Positions 1-13,019 of a stretch of 64,000 nt of DNA are shown piece by piece (the stretch's first letter is position 1; the number at the start of each line of letters is the position of its first letter). Both the position numbers and the translations under genes were made by a program. The DNA comes from Eledone cirrhosa (Eukaryota). The notes under the pieces were generated by a model, which searched no databases, was not told where the DNA came from, and was given only the letters and a program-made list of their open reading frames with translations. Location of the stretch: contig OZ024752.1 in NCBI GenBank assembly GCA_964016885.1, forward strand, positions 21,080,001-21,144,000, in the 5' to 3' direction.

Positions 1-2387
1 GTGTACCCATTGTTTGCATTTGGGGCAGAGGATGGGGTTCCTACCTACATCTTTCCTACATACTGAGCAAGGCCATTTCCCTGAGGGGATCTGGGTTCTG
101 TTTTCTCGTCTACTTATAAGGACCTTAGTCTTTGTCAGGTTGACTTTGAGACCCTTTCTTTCTAGTCCCTGCTTCCATGTTTGGAATTTCTTCTCTAGTT
201 CCACCACAGATTCAGCTATAAGTGCGAGATCATCCGCATATAGGAGTTCCCATGGGCATCTGGTCTTAAACTCCTCCGTTATTGCCTGCAAAACTATAAT
301 GAACAGGAGAGGGACTGACCTGTATGCTAAATTCCTCACTATATTCATTGCTAACTCTAACTTTGCTGACTGCTCCTCTATACATGGCTTGTACAGCTTT
401 CACAAGCCATTCATCTACTCCTAATTTTCTAAGAGCCCACCAGATTATAGCACGGGGGACTCTGTCGAAGGCTTTTTCCAGATCAACGAATGCCAGGTAG
501 AGCGGCTTACTTTTAACTAGGTACTTTTCCTGTAACTGCCTCACAAGGAAGAGGGCATCAGTGGTGCCTTTTCCTGGCACAAACCCAAATTGCATCTCAT
601 CTAGTTTTACCCGGTCCCTAATCAACTGTGCTATAACTCTTTCCGTTACTTTCATAACCTGCAGCCTAATACCTCTATAGTTTCCTCTATCTAGTGCATC
701 ACCTTTACCCTTGTAGCAGTTGAGAATGATGATGCTGCAGCAGCAATCCTTTGGTATGACACCCTCTAGTATTACCTGGTTAACAATACGTGTGGTTATG
801 GTGTGACCTACCGACCCAGATGCCTTCAGCACCTTGACAGCCCGATGGACCAGTTGCCTTCCCCGTCTTCATATCTTTGATTGCCTTACTATGCTGCTGC
901 TGACTTGTACTGCTGGCCCCTCTATAGGGTCCACTTGGGGTAGGGTCTCTTTTTCCCATGAATTCTCCTCATTTAGTAATCTTTCATAATGGCTCTTTCA
1001 CGCATCTTTCTTCTCAGCACTTATGAGGGCAAGCTCACCTTTATCATTCCGGATACACTTCTCTCCAATGACATCATAATTCTCTCTGCCACACTGCCTC
1101 AAAATCTTGAACACCTCCTGTTTCTGGTCCTCACGTTGCAAAACATGCTTGAATTTTCTATCCTCTGCTTCCCTTCTAGCTAAGTATACTTGTCGGCTAG
1201 TTTCCCCCCTGGTCTCTATGTAATTTACCCTACTTCCCTCGTTCTTCCATTCTTTCCATGCCTGTCTCTTAGCCTTAACTGCCTCATCTACCTTATCATT
1301 CGACCACCAAGTCACTCTCCTCCTCCCTGTGGTCTTTCTCCAACCACAGATCTCGTCCATTGCCTTTAGTAAGTTATTTTTTAGGAACTCCCAGTGCTCT
1401 TCTACATTGAATGTCTTTATCTGTTCTTCTTTACTGCCATAGGCGTCGAGTAAAATATCTTTAAATCTGTTACTGGCTGAGGGGTCTTTCAGCTTCCAGA
1501 TCTTTCTTCTCCAGGTTGCCTTCTGTTCGTCTAGTTTTGACAGTGAGGTCACTGACAACTAAGTTATGTTGGGAGGTACATTCCTCACCAGGGAAGGCGT
1601 TTGTGTTTACAACCGTCCATCTATTACACCCTCTGATGAGGATAAAATCTATCTGACTAGAATGCTTCCCTGATCTATAGGTGATCAGATGGTTGTCGGG
1701 TTTTTTGAAGTGTGTGTTACATATCGACATGTCATTGGCGTTGCAGAATTCCAGAAGCCTTAAGCCTTCTTCATTTCTTGTGCCAAACCCATGGCCTCCA
1801 TGGACTCTATAGAAGCTGTTACGGTGTTTACCAACGTGTCCGTTAAAATCTTCTGCAATGATTAGGAAGTCATTGTTGTTTGTTAGGACAGTAGTGTGCA
1901 TTAGGGACTCGTAAAACCTATCCTTAAGTTCGTCTGGCAACCCCAATTGGGGTGTGTAAGCTGATATTATTGTGGCAATTGTTTTATTCAGGACTAGTCT
2001 GAGTTTAATGATTCTTACGTTCACCCTGTTCACTGAGATTACCTTATCTATCCACTTGTCAGCTAGTAGTATACCTACACCACCCATCCCATCGTCATTT
2101 CCCACCCAGAAAAATTTGTAGCGCTGACTTTTGCCTACAAGGACTCTAGTGGACTCTCCTCTCCATCTAGTCTCTTGCGCACAGCATACATCAATTTCCT
2201 TTCGCTCTAGCATCTCTACAATTTCTCCTGCTCTTCCTTTCATTGTGCTTACATTGATGGTTCCAACTCAGAGTTTTGGACATTTGCCATCACTCATAGG
2301 ATGGGGTGAATTTTTCCGGGAGTGTGTGTATGCTTCATGTCTTAGGATTAAAGCTTCACATGGGTGCTTGGTAACTCGCGGATTCAT
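1..2387 (-). mobile_element. RTE-clade LINE ORF remnant (APE endonuclease + RT + start of PHD finger), frameshifted, runs off window start
   Basis: ORFs 1470-2243 (VGTINV..QETRW, SAYTPQ, DFNGHVG, SQIDFIL, HNLV = APE endonuclease), 998-1558 (WW..EAVK linker), 266-832 (NYRGI, QFGFVPGKGTTDA, FVDLEKAFDRVPR = RT); near 1-250 minus strand reads ELLYADDL..KWPCSVCRK. Confidence 0.93.
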
Positions 2388-2987
2388 ATTCATTTATTAA
2401 TTCGGGGTTCTTCCATTGATCCTCAGCTCATCCATAGATATCAGTAAAAGAATTGTTTAGTGCAGGGCTAGAAGGACAGTAGTAGTAATGGCAGAGTTTG
2501 TTGGGGCTGGTAAGGGCTAGGAGTGCAGGAGTAGTAGTAGTAGTGGCAGTGTTTGTTGAGGCTGATAATGGGTTGAGGTTTAATTGGTCGAATAGCCTGT
2601 GGAGGTGGGAGGGAAATTGTGAGATAGGTAGCCATCGCGGCGTATATCATCATAGCAGATTTGAGGGAAATAAGCCGGTGCAAGTAGGCATATTAGGCAA
2701 ATATGCGTAACCTAGCTTCATAAATATTGAAATGAATGTATGAGAGAAGAAGGAGGTGATGACTTTCGCAGAGAGAGAAACATAATGACCAACGTGGTGT
2801 ATGTCGAAAAACAATGTCGAAGTATATAAGTTGCGGCACAGCGAATGATAATAATAACAATAATAATAATGATGTGAACAGGACATTTTGAAATTGAGGA
2901 AGACAGATACCTGCAGAAGAGCAAAAATAATCTATGGATGACTGGGATAGGTTGAACGTATTTAGGAATCCATGTAGCCTTTCAGAA

Positions 2988-3202
<215 letters not shown>

Positions 3203-5640
3203 CCTCATTGATAAAATCGAACAAGTCGTTAAAAGAATGAGATGGAAGGCAATGGTTTACGATGGACTATTCAGTGCTGATACTAAAGATTGTTTTGACA
3301 TTAAATCCCGTAAATATCCACCTAGAATTAAAGACATGGCCAACTTCGAATTAGACCTCGTTAATCTAATTAGTGATATCAAATTTCGTACGTACAATAA
3401 TAACTTTCAAACTAAACTTTCTAACGATATTTCTAATTTTAGAAATTCTACAAACACTTTCGTTCTTTCTGATAAAACTAAAAACCTCTTTGAAGTTAAT
3501 AGTAATTTGTATAACCAACTTTTAACTAATAGTATTACCAATAAATATCAATTAACTAATAATAATAGCTACAATACTATCAATAAAGAAGCTAAAGAAC
3601 TAGCTAGTTCTTTACAAATAGATAACCGGATTGAAAGCTTAGCTAAGCGTAAAGAATATATTACCCTTAAAGACCATAAATTGGACTTTACTAATCGACC
3701 TAGTTGTAGACTGATTAACCCGGCTAAATCCGAGGTTGGCCTTGCTAGTAGGAAAATCTTAAGAAAAATAATTCTCCAAATTAGAACTAACACTGACCTT
3801 TCACAGTGGCTAAATACTTCCTCTGTTATTTCTTGGTTCAATAATATACAAGATAAAAATAAGTGTAGATTTACCCAATTTGATATTGTCGATTTTTACC
3901 CTTCTATTACTGTTTCCTTATTAACTAATGCCTTAGATTTTGCAAGACCCTTCATTAATATCTCTAAATTAGAAGAGGACATTATCTTTCATGCTAGAAA
4001 AACTTTACTTTTTACTAATGATAATATTTGGGTTAAAAAGTCAAACCCTGAAAACTCTTTCGATGTTGCAATGGGTTCCTATGACAGTGCGGATGTGTGC
4101 GACTTAGTAGGATTATTCCTTCTCCACACACTCAAAGAGAAATTTCCGTCCCATAATATAGGTTTATACCGTGATGACGGATTAGCAGTTTCTCATACCA
4201 CCAACGGCCATAATCTTGATAAATTCCGTAAAGATTTAATTAGTACTTTTGCTAATCTTAACCTTAAAATTACTATAGATACGAACCTTACTAATGCTAA
4301 CTTTCTTGATATTAATCTTGATCTACTTACTGCCTCTTTTAAACCCTATCATAAACCTAATGAAAATCTTAGGTATATACACAAAGAGTCTTGCCATCCC
4401 CCTATAGTTTTTAATAATCTTATTCCTAACATTGCGGTTTTACAGAAAATATTTCTTATTTACCTACTCCCCCCCCCTAAAACTAACCATAATAACAGGA
4501 AAAGGAAGATTATTTGGTTCACACACCCCTTCTCTCTAAATGTCAAAACTAATGTAGGAAGGAAATTCCTTGAACTATTAGACAAAGATTTTCCTCCTAT
4601 TCATAGATATTATAAGATTTTTAATAGGAATGTAGTTAAGATCAGCTACTCTTATTGCCCATCCATGAAGTCCAAAATCACCAGTTCAAACCGTACGAGG
4701 ATAAATCCAGGATGCAGTTGCAGGAAGCCGGATGAATGCCCATTGCAGGGTAAATGTAACACAAAATCTGTCGTTTATGAGGCTAAGATAACGCCAGTTA
4801 TCAACAACCAGCCAGCCAGGAGTGAGCGATATGTCGGTATGACCCAGGACAGGTTTAAAACCAGATTTTACTCACATGTCGCTTCTTTTAAGCACTCTGA
4901 TAAACGAACATCAACGGCCCTCGCAAGTAAGGTATGGGATCTCAAGGATAGTAATATCCCGTACTCTATTGATTGGTCTATATTAGACCATTCGAGAGAG
5001 TACCAAAGGGGCACAAAGAATTGTTCTTTGTGTACCACAGAAAAGTATAGGATTTTGCTAAACTTGGGAGCCACTTCCGCTTGCCTTAACTCAAAGACTG
5101 AGATCTTCGGATGCTGTCCTCATCTGAAATCGCATCTGATCTGTAACTGGATTGACACTCCTATGATAAATCAACCGCCTTGAACTCCTTCTCTGCTCTT
5201 TACTTTTGCTACAGTTTTTATTTTGCTGATTCTACCTTCTGTACTCTTGTATATTTAAAATGTTTTTCTCTCTTACCTCCCCTTATATTTTTACCCCCTC
5301 TTAGCCCCCCCATATATTCTTTTTGTTTTGCCCTTCACATACCTATGTGTATGTGTATGTATTTTTGTTTGTATATATATGTGTGTATATGTATATATAT
5401 GTATGTGTGTATGTATATATGTGTGTGTATATATATATATATGTATATATATATATGTATGTGTGTGTTTGTGTATGTGTATATATATGTATATTTGTGT
5501 GTGTATATGTATGTATATGTGGATAAACCAGGTTTTTTTCACTTTTTTTCATTCTGAAGACTGAAGGAAACATTTTTTGCTTTTAAGAAACCTCTGGTGA
5601 ATGGAATAATTGCCTTATGTTGCTTTATTACCTTACTACT
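3203..5640 (+). mobile_element. Penelope-like element (5'-truncated): RT + GIY-YIG ORF 3203-5183 and 3' pseudo-LTR
   Basis: KRMRWKA, RLINPAKSEVG, FDIVDFYPSI, MGSYDSA..DLVG, GLYRDDGL (RT); CSCR..CPLQGKC..VVYEA..YVGMTQDRFKTR..H..C..C..E (GIY-YIG/CCHH); internal deletion in thumb; HHR motif in 3' UTR. Confidence 0.93.
5550..5603 (+). ncRNA. Type-I hammerhead ribozyme motif, decayed (UG at cleavage site)
   Basis: CATT CTGAAGA [stem II] GAAA CCTCTGG TG AATG; homologous to the better copy at 7107-7162. Confidence 0.65.
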
Positions 5641-5750
5641 ATATATACGTTTATGTAAGGTTCATTTGTCTTTTCTAATACTGAGTTTTACACATACACA
5701 CATGTATATGTGTATGTGTATGCACATGTGTATATGTACGTATGTGTGTA

Positions 5751-5793
<43 letters not shown>

Positions 5794-5849
5794 GTATGTA
5801 TGTATATGTGTGTGTGTGTTTATTATTTTTTATGTATGTGTGTGTGTGG

Positions 5850-5883
<34 letters not shown>

Positions 5884-5958
5884 TTATATTTTTATATTTT
5901 TGTATATATATGTATATATATGTGTGTATATATATATATGTGTATATATATGTATATA

Positions 5959-5999
<41 letters not shown>

Positions 6000-6277
6000 G
6001 TGTGTGTGTGTGTATATAATTACATATACATATGTGTGTGTGTTTAATACGTATACGTGTGCGTGTTTGTGTATGTATGTGTATGTATGTTTTTGTATTT
6101 GTTTATGTATATTTATGTATGAGAGTGTGTGTATGTGTTTACTATTTAGTACGTATATATACGTGCTTTTTTGTGTGTATTACTTACCACGCGTGTCTGT
6201 CCTGTTAGCTGGGTCATGTATCGCTGTCAAAAATTTTTAAAATATATATATATATATATATATAAAATATTAAAAAA

Positions 6278-6484
6278 ATAATGAATAAAACAATGAAACA
6301 ATTCCTTATATTAAACAAAAAAAGTTCATTATTTAACGATCGTTTCTAGGATATATATGTGTTAGAATTGGCATGCATATTCAACAGATCTATGTACAAA
6401 ATTATACAAAATTATACAAACTATCAAAATTAAATATACATACCAACACATATATATGCCAAACTCTTGGTAGATTTATCTACA
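6278..6484. mobile_element. Miniature two-ended insertion related to the 17.9-23.9 kb PLE family
   Basis: 6278-6460 resembles 17905-18070 (minus pLTR end, CGATCGTTTCTAGGATATATATG); 6467-6484 TTGGTAGATTTATCTACA matches the plus-strand terminus at ~23915-23932. Confidence 0.75.
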
Positions 6485-6704
6485 TATATATATATATATA
6501 TATTTTTTTTTCTTATATTTATTTGCGTGTGTGAATATGTAGAGGAGTGCATTCATGTATGTGTATGTATGTACGTTTTGTATGTTTGTGTGAATGTATG
6601 TATATGTGTATATATATGTGTGTGTGTATGGCTATGTTTGTGTATGTGTATGCTTGTACACACACATGTGTATGTGTGTGTATGTGTATGTGTGTATATG
6701 TATA

Positions 6705-6741
<37 letters not shown>

Positions 6742-6764
6742 ACATATATATATGTGTGTGGATA

Positions 6765-6809
<45 letters not shown>

Positions 6810-7106
6810 GTGTATATGTATTAATGTATGTATGTGTATATGTGTGTATATATGTGTTTGTGTAGGTAAGTGTACGTTTTATATATATGTGTATATGTAT
6901 ATATGTATGCGTACATATATATATGTATGTGTATGTAAGTATTCTTTTTTTTTTTTTTTTTTTTGTTTTTTTGTTTTTTTCGTGTGTGTGTTTGCATGCG
7001 TAGTTTTATTTTATTTTTCCTTTCCTTCTCCCTTCTCCAGCCTCACTTTCATATAGATTGCATTTTTGGTTTTGTAATCCAAATTCAATAAACAAACCAG
7101 CTTTTT

Positions 7107-7162
7107 CCGTTCTGAGGATTGAAAGCAAAACCTTTTGCTTTTAAGAAACCACTGGTAAATGG
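7107..7162 (+). ncRNA. Type-I hammerhead ribozyme motif
   Basis: Stem I CCGTT/AATGG, core CTGAGGA, stem II TTGAAAGCAAAA/TTTTGCTTTTAA, GAAA, stem III CC-ACT-GG, UA cleavage site. Confidence 0.85.
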
Positions 7163-7200
7163 AATAATTGCCTTATGTTGTTTATTACATAATAATAATA

Positions 7201-7247
<47 letters not shown>

Positions 7248-7254
<7 letters not shown>

Positions 7255-7956
7255 GTGAGGTTTTTTTTACAAAATGAAAAATAACCGAGGTGTCCTACAC
7301 GAGTGAAAGTATAAAGAAAAAAAGATGAAATCAAAAATGCAACTGGAGTCTTATTTAAAAAAATATATATATATTTATTTGGTTCCTTTACCGGTTTCGC
7401 AGTTCTTCTGCTTTTCAAAAGGTGAGTTGAGATGGAGGGTCTGTGGTTTTTCTCACATCTGGTTGGTCTTAGAATGTTACTTGTTTTATATGGAAAAAGT
7501 GGCTCGAAATGCCAGGTTTTTCGAGAAGTAATTTGATTGGTTGGTCAATAATTATAATAAATTTCGCGCCAGTTTGCGTTACAAAGTTCTTCAAACAAGA
7601 GGGGGGGGGGTGTCACAGGTTGTTTTTTCATATATGAGTGTTTGAATTTCTTTTTACTTAAAAAAAGGGGGCTCACGAAGGCTTTTTTTTTTAATAAACG
7701 TAATTTGATTGGTTATAAATAAAATTATGGCTGTCACGTGAACAAGTTTTCATTAAATTTTCGCGCCGTTATTTGGAAATCCATTCTGTAGCCTTTTTAG
7801 AGAATTTTATGACAAGTAAAAGATAATGGTCAAGAGAAATTGGATGGGAGAATTGTTCTGGTTCAGTGAATATGGTTAGTTCGCTGGGGTGTCAGAATTC
7901 AGATTTTCTATTGAATAAAGAAAGTAAAGATATGTATGTTTATTTGTCTGCTTGTA

Positions 7957-8022
<66 letters not shown>

Positions 8023-8647
8023 CGCGCGTGTGTTGTGTGTGTGTGTTTGAATTTCTTTTTTCTTTAAAAAATGGGGCTAACGAAGGCTTTTTTTTAATAA
8101 ACGTAATTTGATTGGTTATAAATGAAATTATGGTTGTCACGTGAACAGGTTTTCATTAAACTTTCGCGCCGTTATTTGGAAATCTATTCTGTAGCCTTTT
8201 TAGAGAATTTTATGACAAGCAAAAGATAATGGTCAAGAGAAATTGGATGGGAGAATTGTTCTGGTTTAGTGAATATGGTTAGTTCGCTGGGGTGTCAGAG
8301 TTCAGATTTTCTATTGAATAAAGAAAGTAAAGATATGTATGTTTATTTGTGTGCTTGTGTGTGTGTGTGTGTGTGTATTGGAAGATGATTCTATTAGTAG
8401 AAATGGGGGAGGGAGTTGTGTGTGTGTGTGTGTATATGGGTGTTATGTGTGTGTGTGTGGGAGTATGTTAAGATGGAGAGAATATATATTTTGTGTGTGT
8501 GTATATGTGTGTAGGAAAGTGATTCTATTAGTAGAAATGGGGGAGGGAGTTGTGTGTGTGTGGGTGTGGGGTTGTTATGTGTGTGTATGGGTGTTATGTG
8601 TGTGGGAGTATGGTTAGCATGTTAAGATGAAGAGAATATATATATAT

Positions 8648-8700
<53 letters not shown>

Positions 8701-9190
8701 GAAAATGATTCCTTTAGTAGGAATATTTTTGAATGAACATATTTTCCTTACTTATTCGTATTTGTTCTGTTGTATTGTCAGTGCAAACGTATGTTAAGGT
8801 TTATTTAGTTCGGGTTTTTATTTTCTAAAGTAGAAGGTATTATGTGTGTGTGTGTATGTGTCTGTTTGGATGGTTAGCATGTTATGGTGTTGACATAATG
8901 TATATTAAACCATATGTAATGCTGGTCTATATTTTTGAATAAACATATTTTCCTTATTTATTCGTATTTGTTCTGTTGTATTGTTAGCGCAAAGGTAAAA
9001 TGGGAAGACTTGGAATTTGGGTGTCTTATTACTTGCGCATATGTCTAGATGTGCGCTTAGTGGTATCTGTCTCGTGGTTGGATCTCGTAATTGTTGGCGA
9101 TGAACTGTACAACAGTTGAACAATACAACAGATGAACAATACAACAGAACAAATACGAATAAATAAGGAAAATATGTTTATTCAAAAATA
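7248..9190 (-). mobile_element. PLE 3' fragment (GIY-YIG C-terminus 8905-9112 plus long 3' pLTR with ~400-bp internal duplication) and short inverted arm 9119-9190
   Basis: TVHRQQLRDPTTRQIPLSAHLDICASNKTPKFQVFPFY..RINKENMFIQKYRPAL aligns with 45470-45826 GIY-YIG; 8930-8985 is inverted at 9135-9190; 7637-7980 is duplicated at 8041-8370; terminus repeated at 39830-40037. Confidence 0.8.
7385..7422 (-). ncRNA. Minimal hammerhead motif with U3:A8 core (second copy 39967-40004; decayed relative 33402-33438)
   Basis: Minus strand CCTT TTGAAAA GCAG-AAGAA-CTGC GAAA CCGG TA AAGG. Confidence 0.7.
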
Positions 9191-9530
9191 AGGTCAGCCG
9201 ACTGGACACTGCCCTGTTGTGGGCAGTGTCCAGTCGGTTGACCTTGTCTTGCTCATATGGGAACTGATTCTGGCTTGATTTCTACAGCTGGATGCCCTTC
9301 CTAACACCAACCTCATTTACAGTGACTGCTGGGTGATTTTTTCCGTGGCACCTACACATCCACTTTACAGTGATTGCTGGGTACTTTTTTGCTGTGGCAC
9401 CTCCACGACCACTTTGCAGTGGGAGGGTGTAGAGGCATATTATCTATATGCTTCAGCTTTGGCTTGTACCCCTGGGGAGTTGGGTCTTCTGTATTACTGC
9501 ATGACGCCAGAGGTCATGGTCGTGTGTCAT
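9191..9530 (-). mobile_element. RTE 3' UTR fragment capped by a 25-bp-arm palindrome
   Basis: Similar to 57910-58220 (GGATGCCCTTCCTAACACCAACC motif); AAGGTCAGCCGACTGGACACTGCCC-TGTTGT-GGGCAGTGTCCAGTCGGTTGACCTT. Confidence 0.8.
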
Positions 9531-10690
9531 ATTATTTAATTATTTTAATTGTATAAGGTAAGAGATCAAACAAGGGGTTTATTGACAGTATGTAGGTTAG
9601 TGTGATCTTTTAATTAAAGTGTAGTCCTATATTCATGAAGATCTAATTGGATAAATTAAAAGGTGGTGGTCTAGTGTTATCTCCGACATTGATATTTATT
9701 TTTATTATTATTATTATTAGTTACTAGGTTTGAAGTAGTAGATCGAGAATCTATGGTAATGTGGACACCTGGAGAAGATCTCAGAATTCCTATTTAGCAG
9801 GCTCAAATGCATACCCCCTTAACCAGTATACTAGTTACCGAAACAATTGTAATTGTAGACCTAACAAGACATGCCCATTATATAAGAACTGCCTAATTAA
9901 AGACATTATCTACTCCGGTACTCTAAACGCTAATCACATCTCGAAAGTATATATAGGCTCAACATCGAATAGCTTTAAGACCAGATATAATTCACACCTT
10001 AATTCGTTCAGAAACCCTAAACTTAGCAACGTAACCTCACTATCCACATACATACACTCATTAAAATCAAGTAATATACCATACACCTTAAAATGGGAAT
10101 TGATAGCTAAGGCCCCGTCATATAGACCACCTAACAAATTTTGTAACCTTTGCATCCTCGAGTCTAGAAATATTATTCACTCTAACCTTAGCCTGCTAAA
10201 TAGGAATTCTGAGATCTTCTCCAGGTGTCCACATTACCATAGATTCTCGTTCCACTACTTCAAACCTAGTAACTAATAATAATAATAATAAAAATAAAGA
10301 TCAATGTCGGAGATAACACTAGGCCACCACCTTTTAATTTATCCAATTAGATCTTCATGAATATAGGACTACACCTTAATTATAAGACCACACTAACCTA
10401 CATATTGTCAATAAACCCCTTGTTTGATCTCTTACCTTATACAATTAAAATATTTAAATAATATAGACACTCTAACATACTCTCAATATAAAACACCAAC
10501 TAAATAGCAGACAACTGTGTATATAACACCAATTACTCCAGTATATATTATGCAACACCCTATCCTGTCATAAAAAAATTCAACTCTCTCAGCACAATCT
10601 GTATATAAATATTTAAAAGTTAAAGAAGGTTCAATGAATAAATCAAAGAATGAGTTTTACAATAGATTGGAAGCACTCAACAAAAATGGT
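9529..10690 (+). mobile_element. PLE GIY-YIG 3' fragment with inverted arm (9529-9802 minus; 9803-10465+ plus)
   Basis: ORF 9761-10276: CNCR..CPL..C..IIYSG..YIGSTSNSFKTRY..H..CNLC..E; 9529-9802 is the reverse complement of ~10190-10463. Confidence 0.9.
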
Positions 10691-10704
10691 TTTCCAGAGT
10701 TATT

Positions 10705-11029
<325 letters not shown>

Positions 11030-11240
11030 TATATCTAGGCGATTACGCTGTCGAAATATTCGATAAATATTCCGTTGCGGCCGACGGGAAGGGCTAGTTT
11101 CGGTTATTTGTTGGAGATTTCTTCATAGAAGCCTCATTCTTATAGCCTGGTCTATTCGATTTTTTATATAGTTAATTACGCTAATTGGGAGAGGAAATGG
11201 TATATATTTTATCTTGTGATTCTATAGACATGTTTTATGT

Positions 11241-11317
<77 letters not shown>

Positions 11318-11320
<3 letters not shown>

Positions 11321-11724
11321 AGTGTAACTTTGTAACTTGGAGTTACTGCAGGTTCACTCGGGTGAGCACTCGGTGTTTAGGTTCACTTCTGTGTCGAGGT
11401 GTAGAGCTATACAGAGTATATTATATTGAAAAGATAACAAGGACGATTGGTTACTCCTTCATTACGTTTATTGGTTGGTGACGCGCGTTTCGCCACTGAT
11501 CAGCTCAATGTTCGATCTGTATCGATCTTACCCGACTCTGTAATCTGCAGCTCGACGGACCCCATTTTCTACTAGCATTTTAAGGGGTCCGTCGAGCTGC
11601 AGATTACAGAGTCGGGTAAGATCGATACAGATCGAACCTTGAGCTGATCAGTGGCCAAACGCGCGTCACCAACCTATAAATTAATGAAGGAGTAATCAAT
11701 CGTCCTTGTTATCTTTTCAATATA
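11318..11724. mobile_element. Non-coding two-ended PLE pLTR palindrome (arms 11423-11563 / 11584-11724 plus ~105-bp tail on left arm); single-arm relative at 53742-53995
   Basis: ~140-bp near-perfect inverted repeat between (TA)n arrays; HHR-like GGT CCGTCGA..GAAA CGCGCG TC ACC. Confidence 0.8.
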
Positions 11725-12854
11725 TATACATATACATTCAATATATATACATATACATATACATTCTCACACATATATATATATATATACCTTATATTAT
11801 ATATACATATACTTACTATATAAAAACAATCTGTTAATAATAAAATAATTTTAAGATGTGTTTAACTCCCTCCACACAAGTTTAAAAGATAACAATTATA
11901 TAACCAATAATATTTTATATACACTACAAATTTATAACACTACTACAATAATAAAACAACCCTTAATTTATCAACAACCTTAATTACCTCCCTTTGTTAT
12001 TAACCCCCTTTACAACTTCCTGTGTAAACTCATAAAATTAAGCAACCTAATGGTTTACCAACAGCTTAATATCGGTTAATACAAAACCCTAGAAAAGAAA
12101 ATTTGTAGATAAAAAATTCAATATTCATAAGACAATAACAACATGGCCAGTAATTCGGTGGAATTTACATCTAACAAACAAACACCTATTGACTATAAAC
12201 GACTCAAAATGATCCCATGGTTAATGGCTGTGAGTTACAAGCAACATATACACATACATACGAACTACAACACAAAAACACTTGAATGAAAATCACCTAT
12301 CCAACTCTATCACGTGCGTTTCATTACACCTCACATAACAAATACCTACATTGTCACTACATGCCTCTCTAACAAATTGCGCGCTATCTTAAACATTTCT
12401 AACACTTCTAACATGCTTTAACACCCCACACAAAATATGTTTATTTCAACTGCAGTATAACTGTTTTCTCAAACACGCCTTATTGACTGTATTGACTCCG
12501 GCATTGTACACCAATTGTCCTTGCTTATAACTTTTTTGCCTGTATTTTTTCGTCTGTACGTTTCGCTTATACCTCTTACACTTTCAACCAGTGCTGCCTG
12601 TAATTGTGTTCTCTCAAGCATAACATCTTTTTAACTCCTGATTCTCCACATGGTGCCTATGACACTAACAACAATTATGTACCCTAAATGTTCTAAATGA
12701 CTAGAATTTTAGTCACATGTTTCGACATTCCCTATGCTCCGATGATTCCAGACTTCCCTCTTGAAGAAACAATTGCCAGCAAATAAATGTTCTAAACTAA
12801 TATTTGATCGTTTTAACACTTTGTATATACATATATATATACAAATATATATAT

Positions 12855-12946
<92 letters not shown>

Positions 12947-13019
12947 CAATAATAATAAATGTGAAGAGGGCTCGATAAGGATAAATATCTATCAAATATA
13001 TAAGAACCCTAGAGCAAAT

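Noticed and set aside
12705-12760. Possible minus-strand hammerhead (GAAA CATG TG ACT)
   Set aside because: No intact CUGANGA or stem II and UG at the cleavage site; too weak to call
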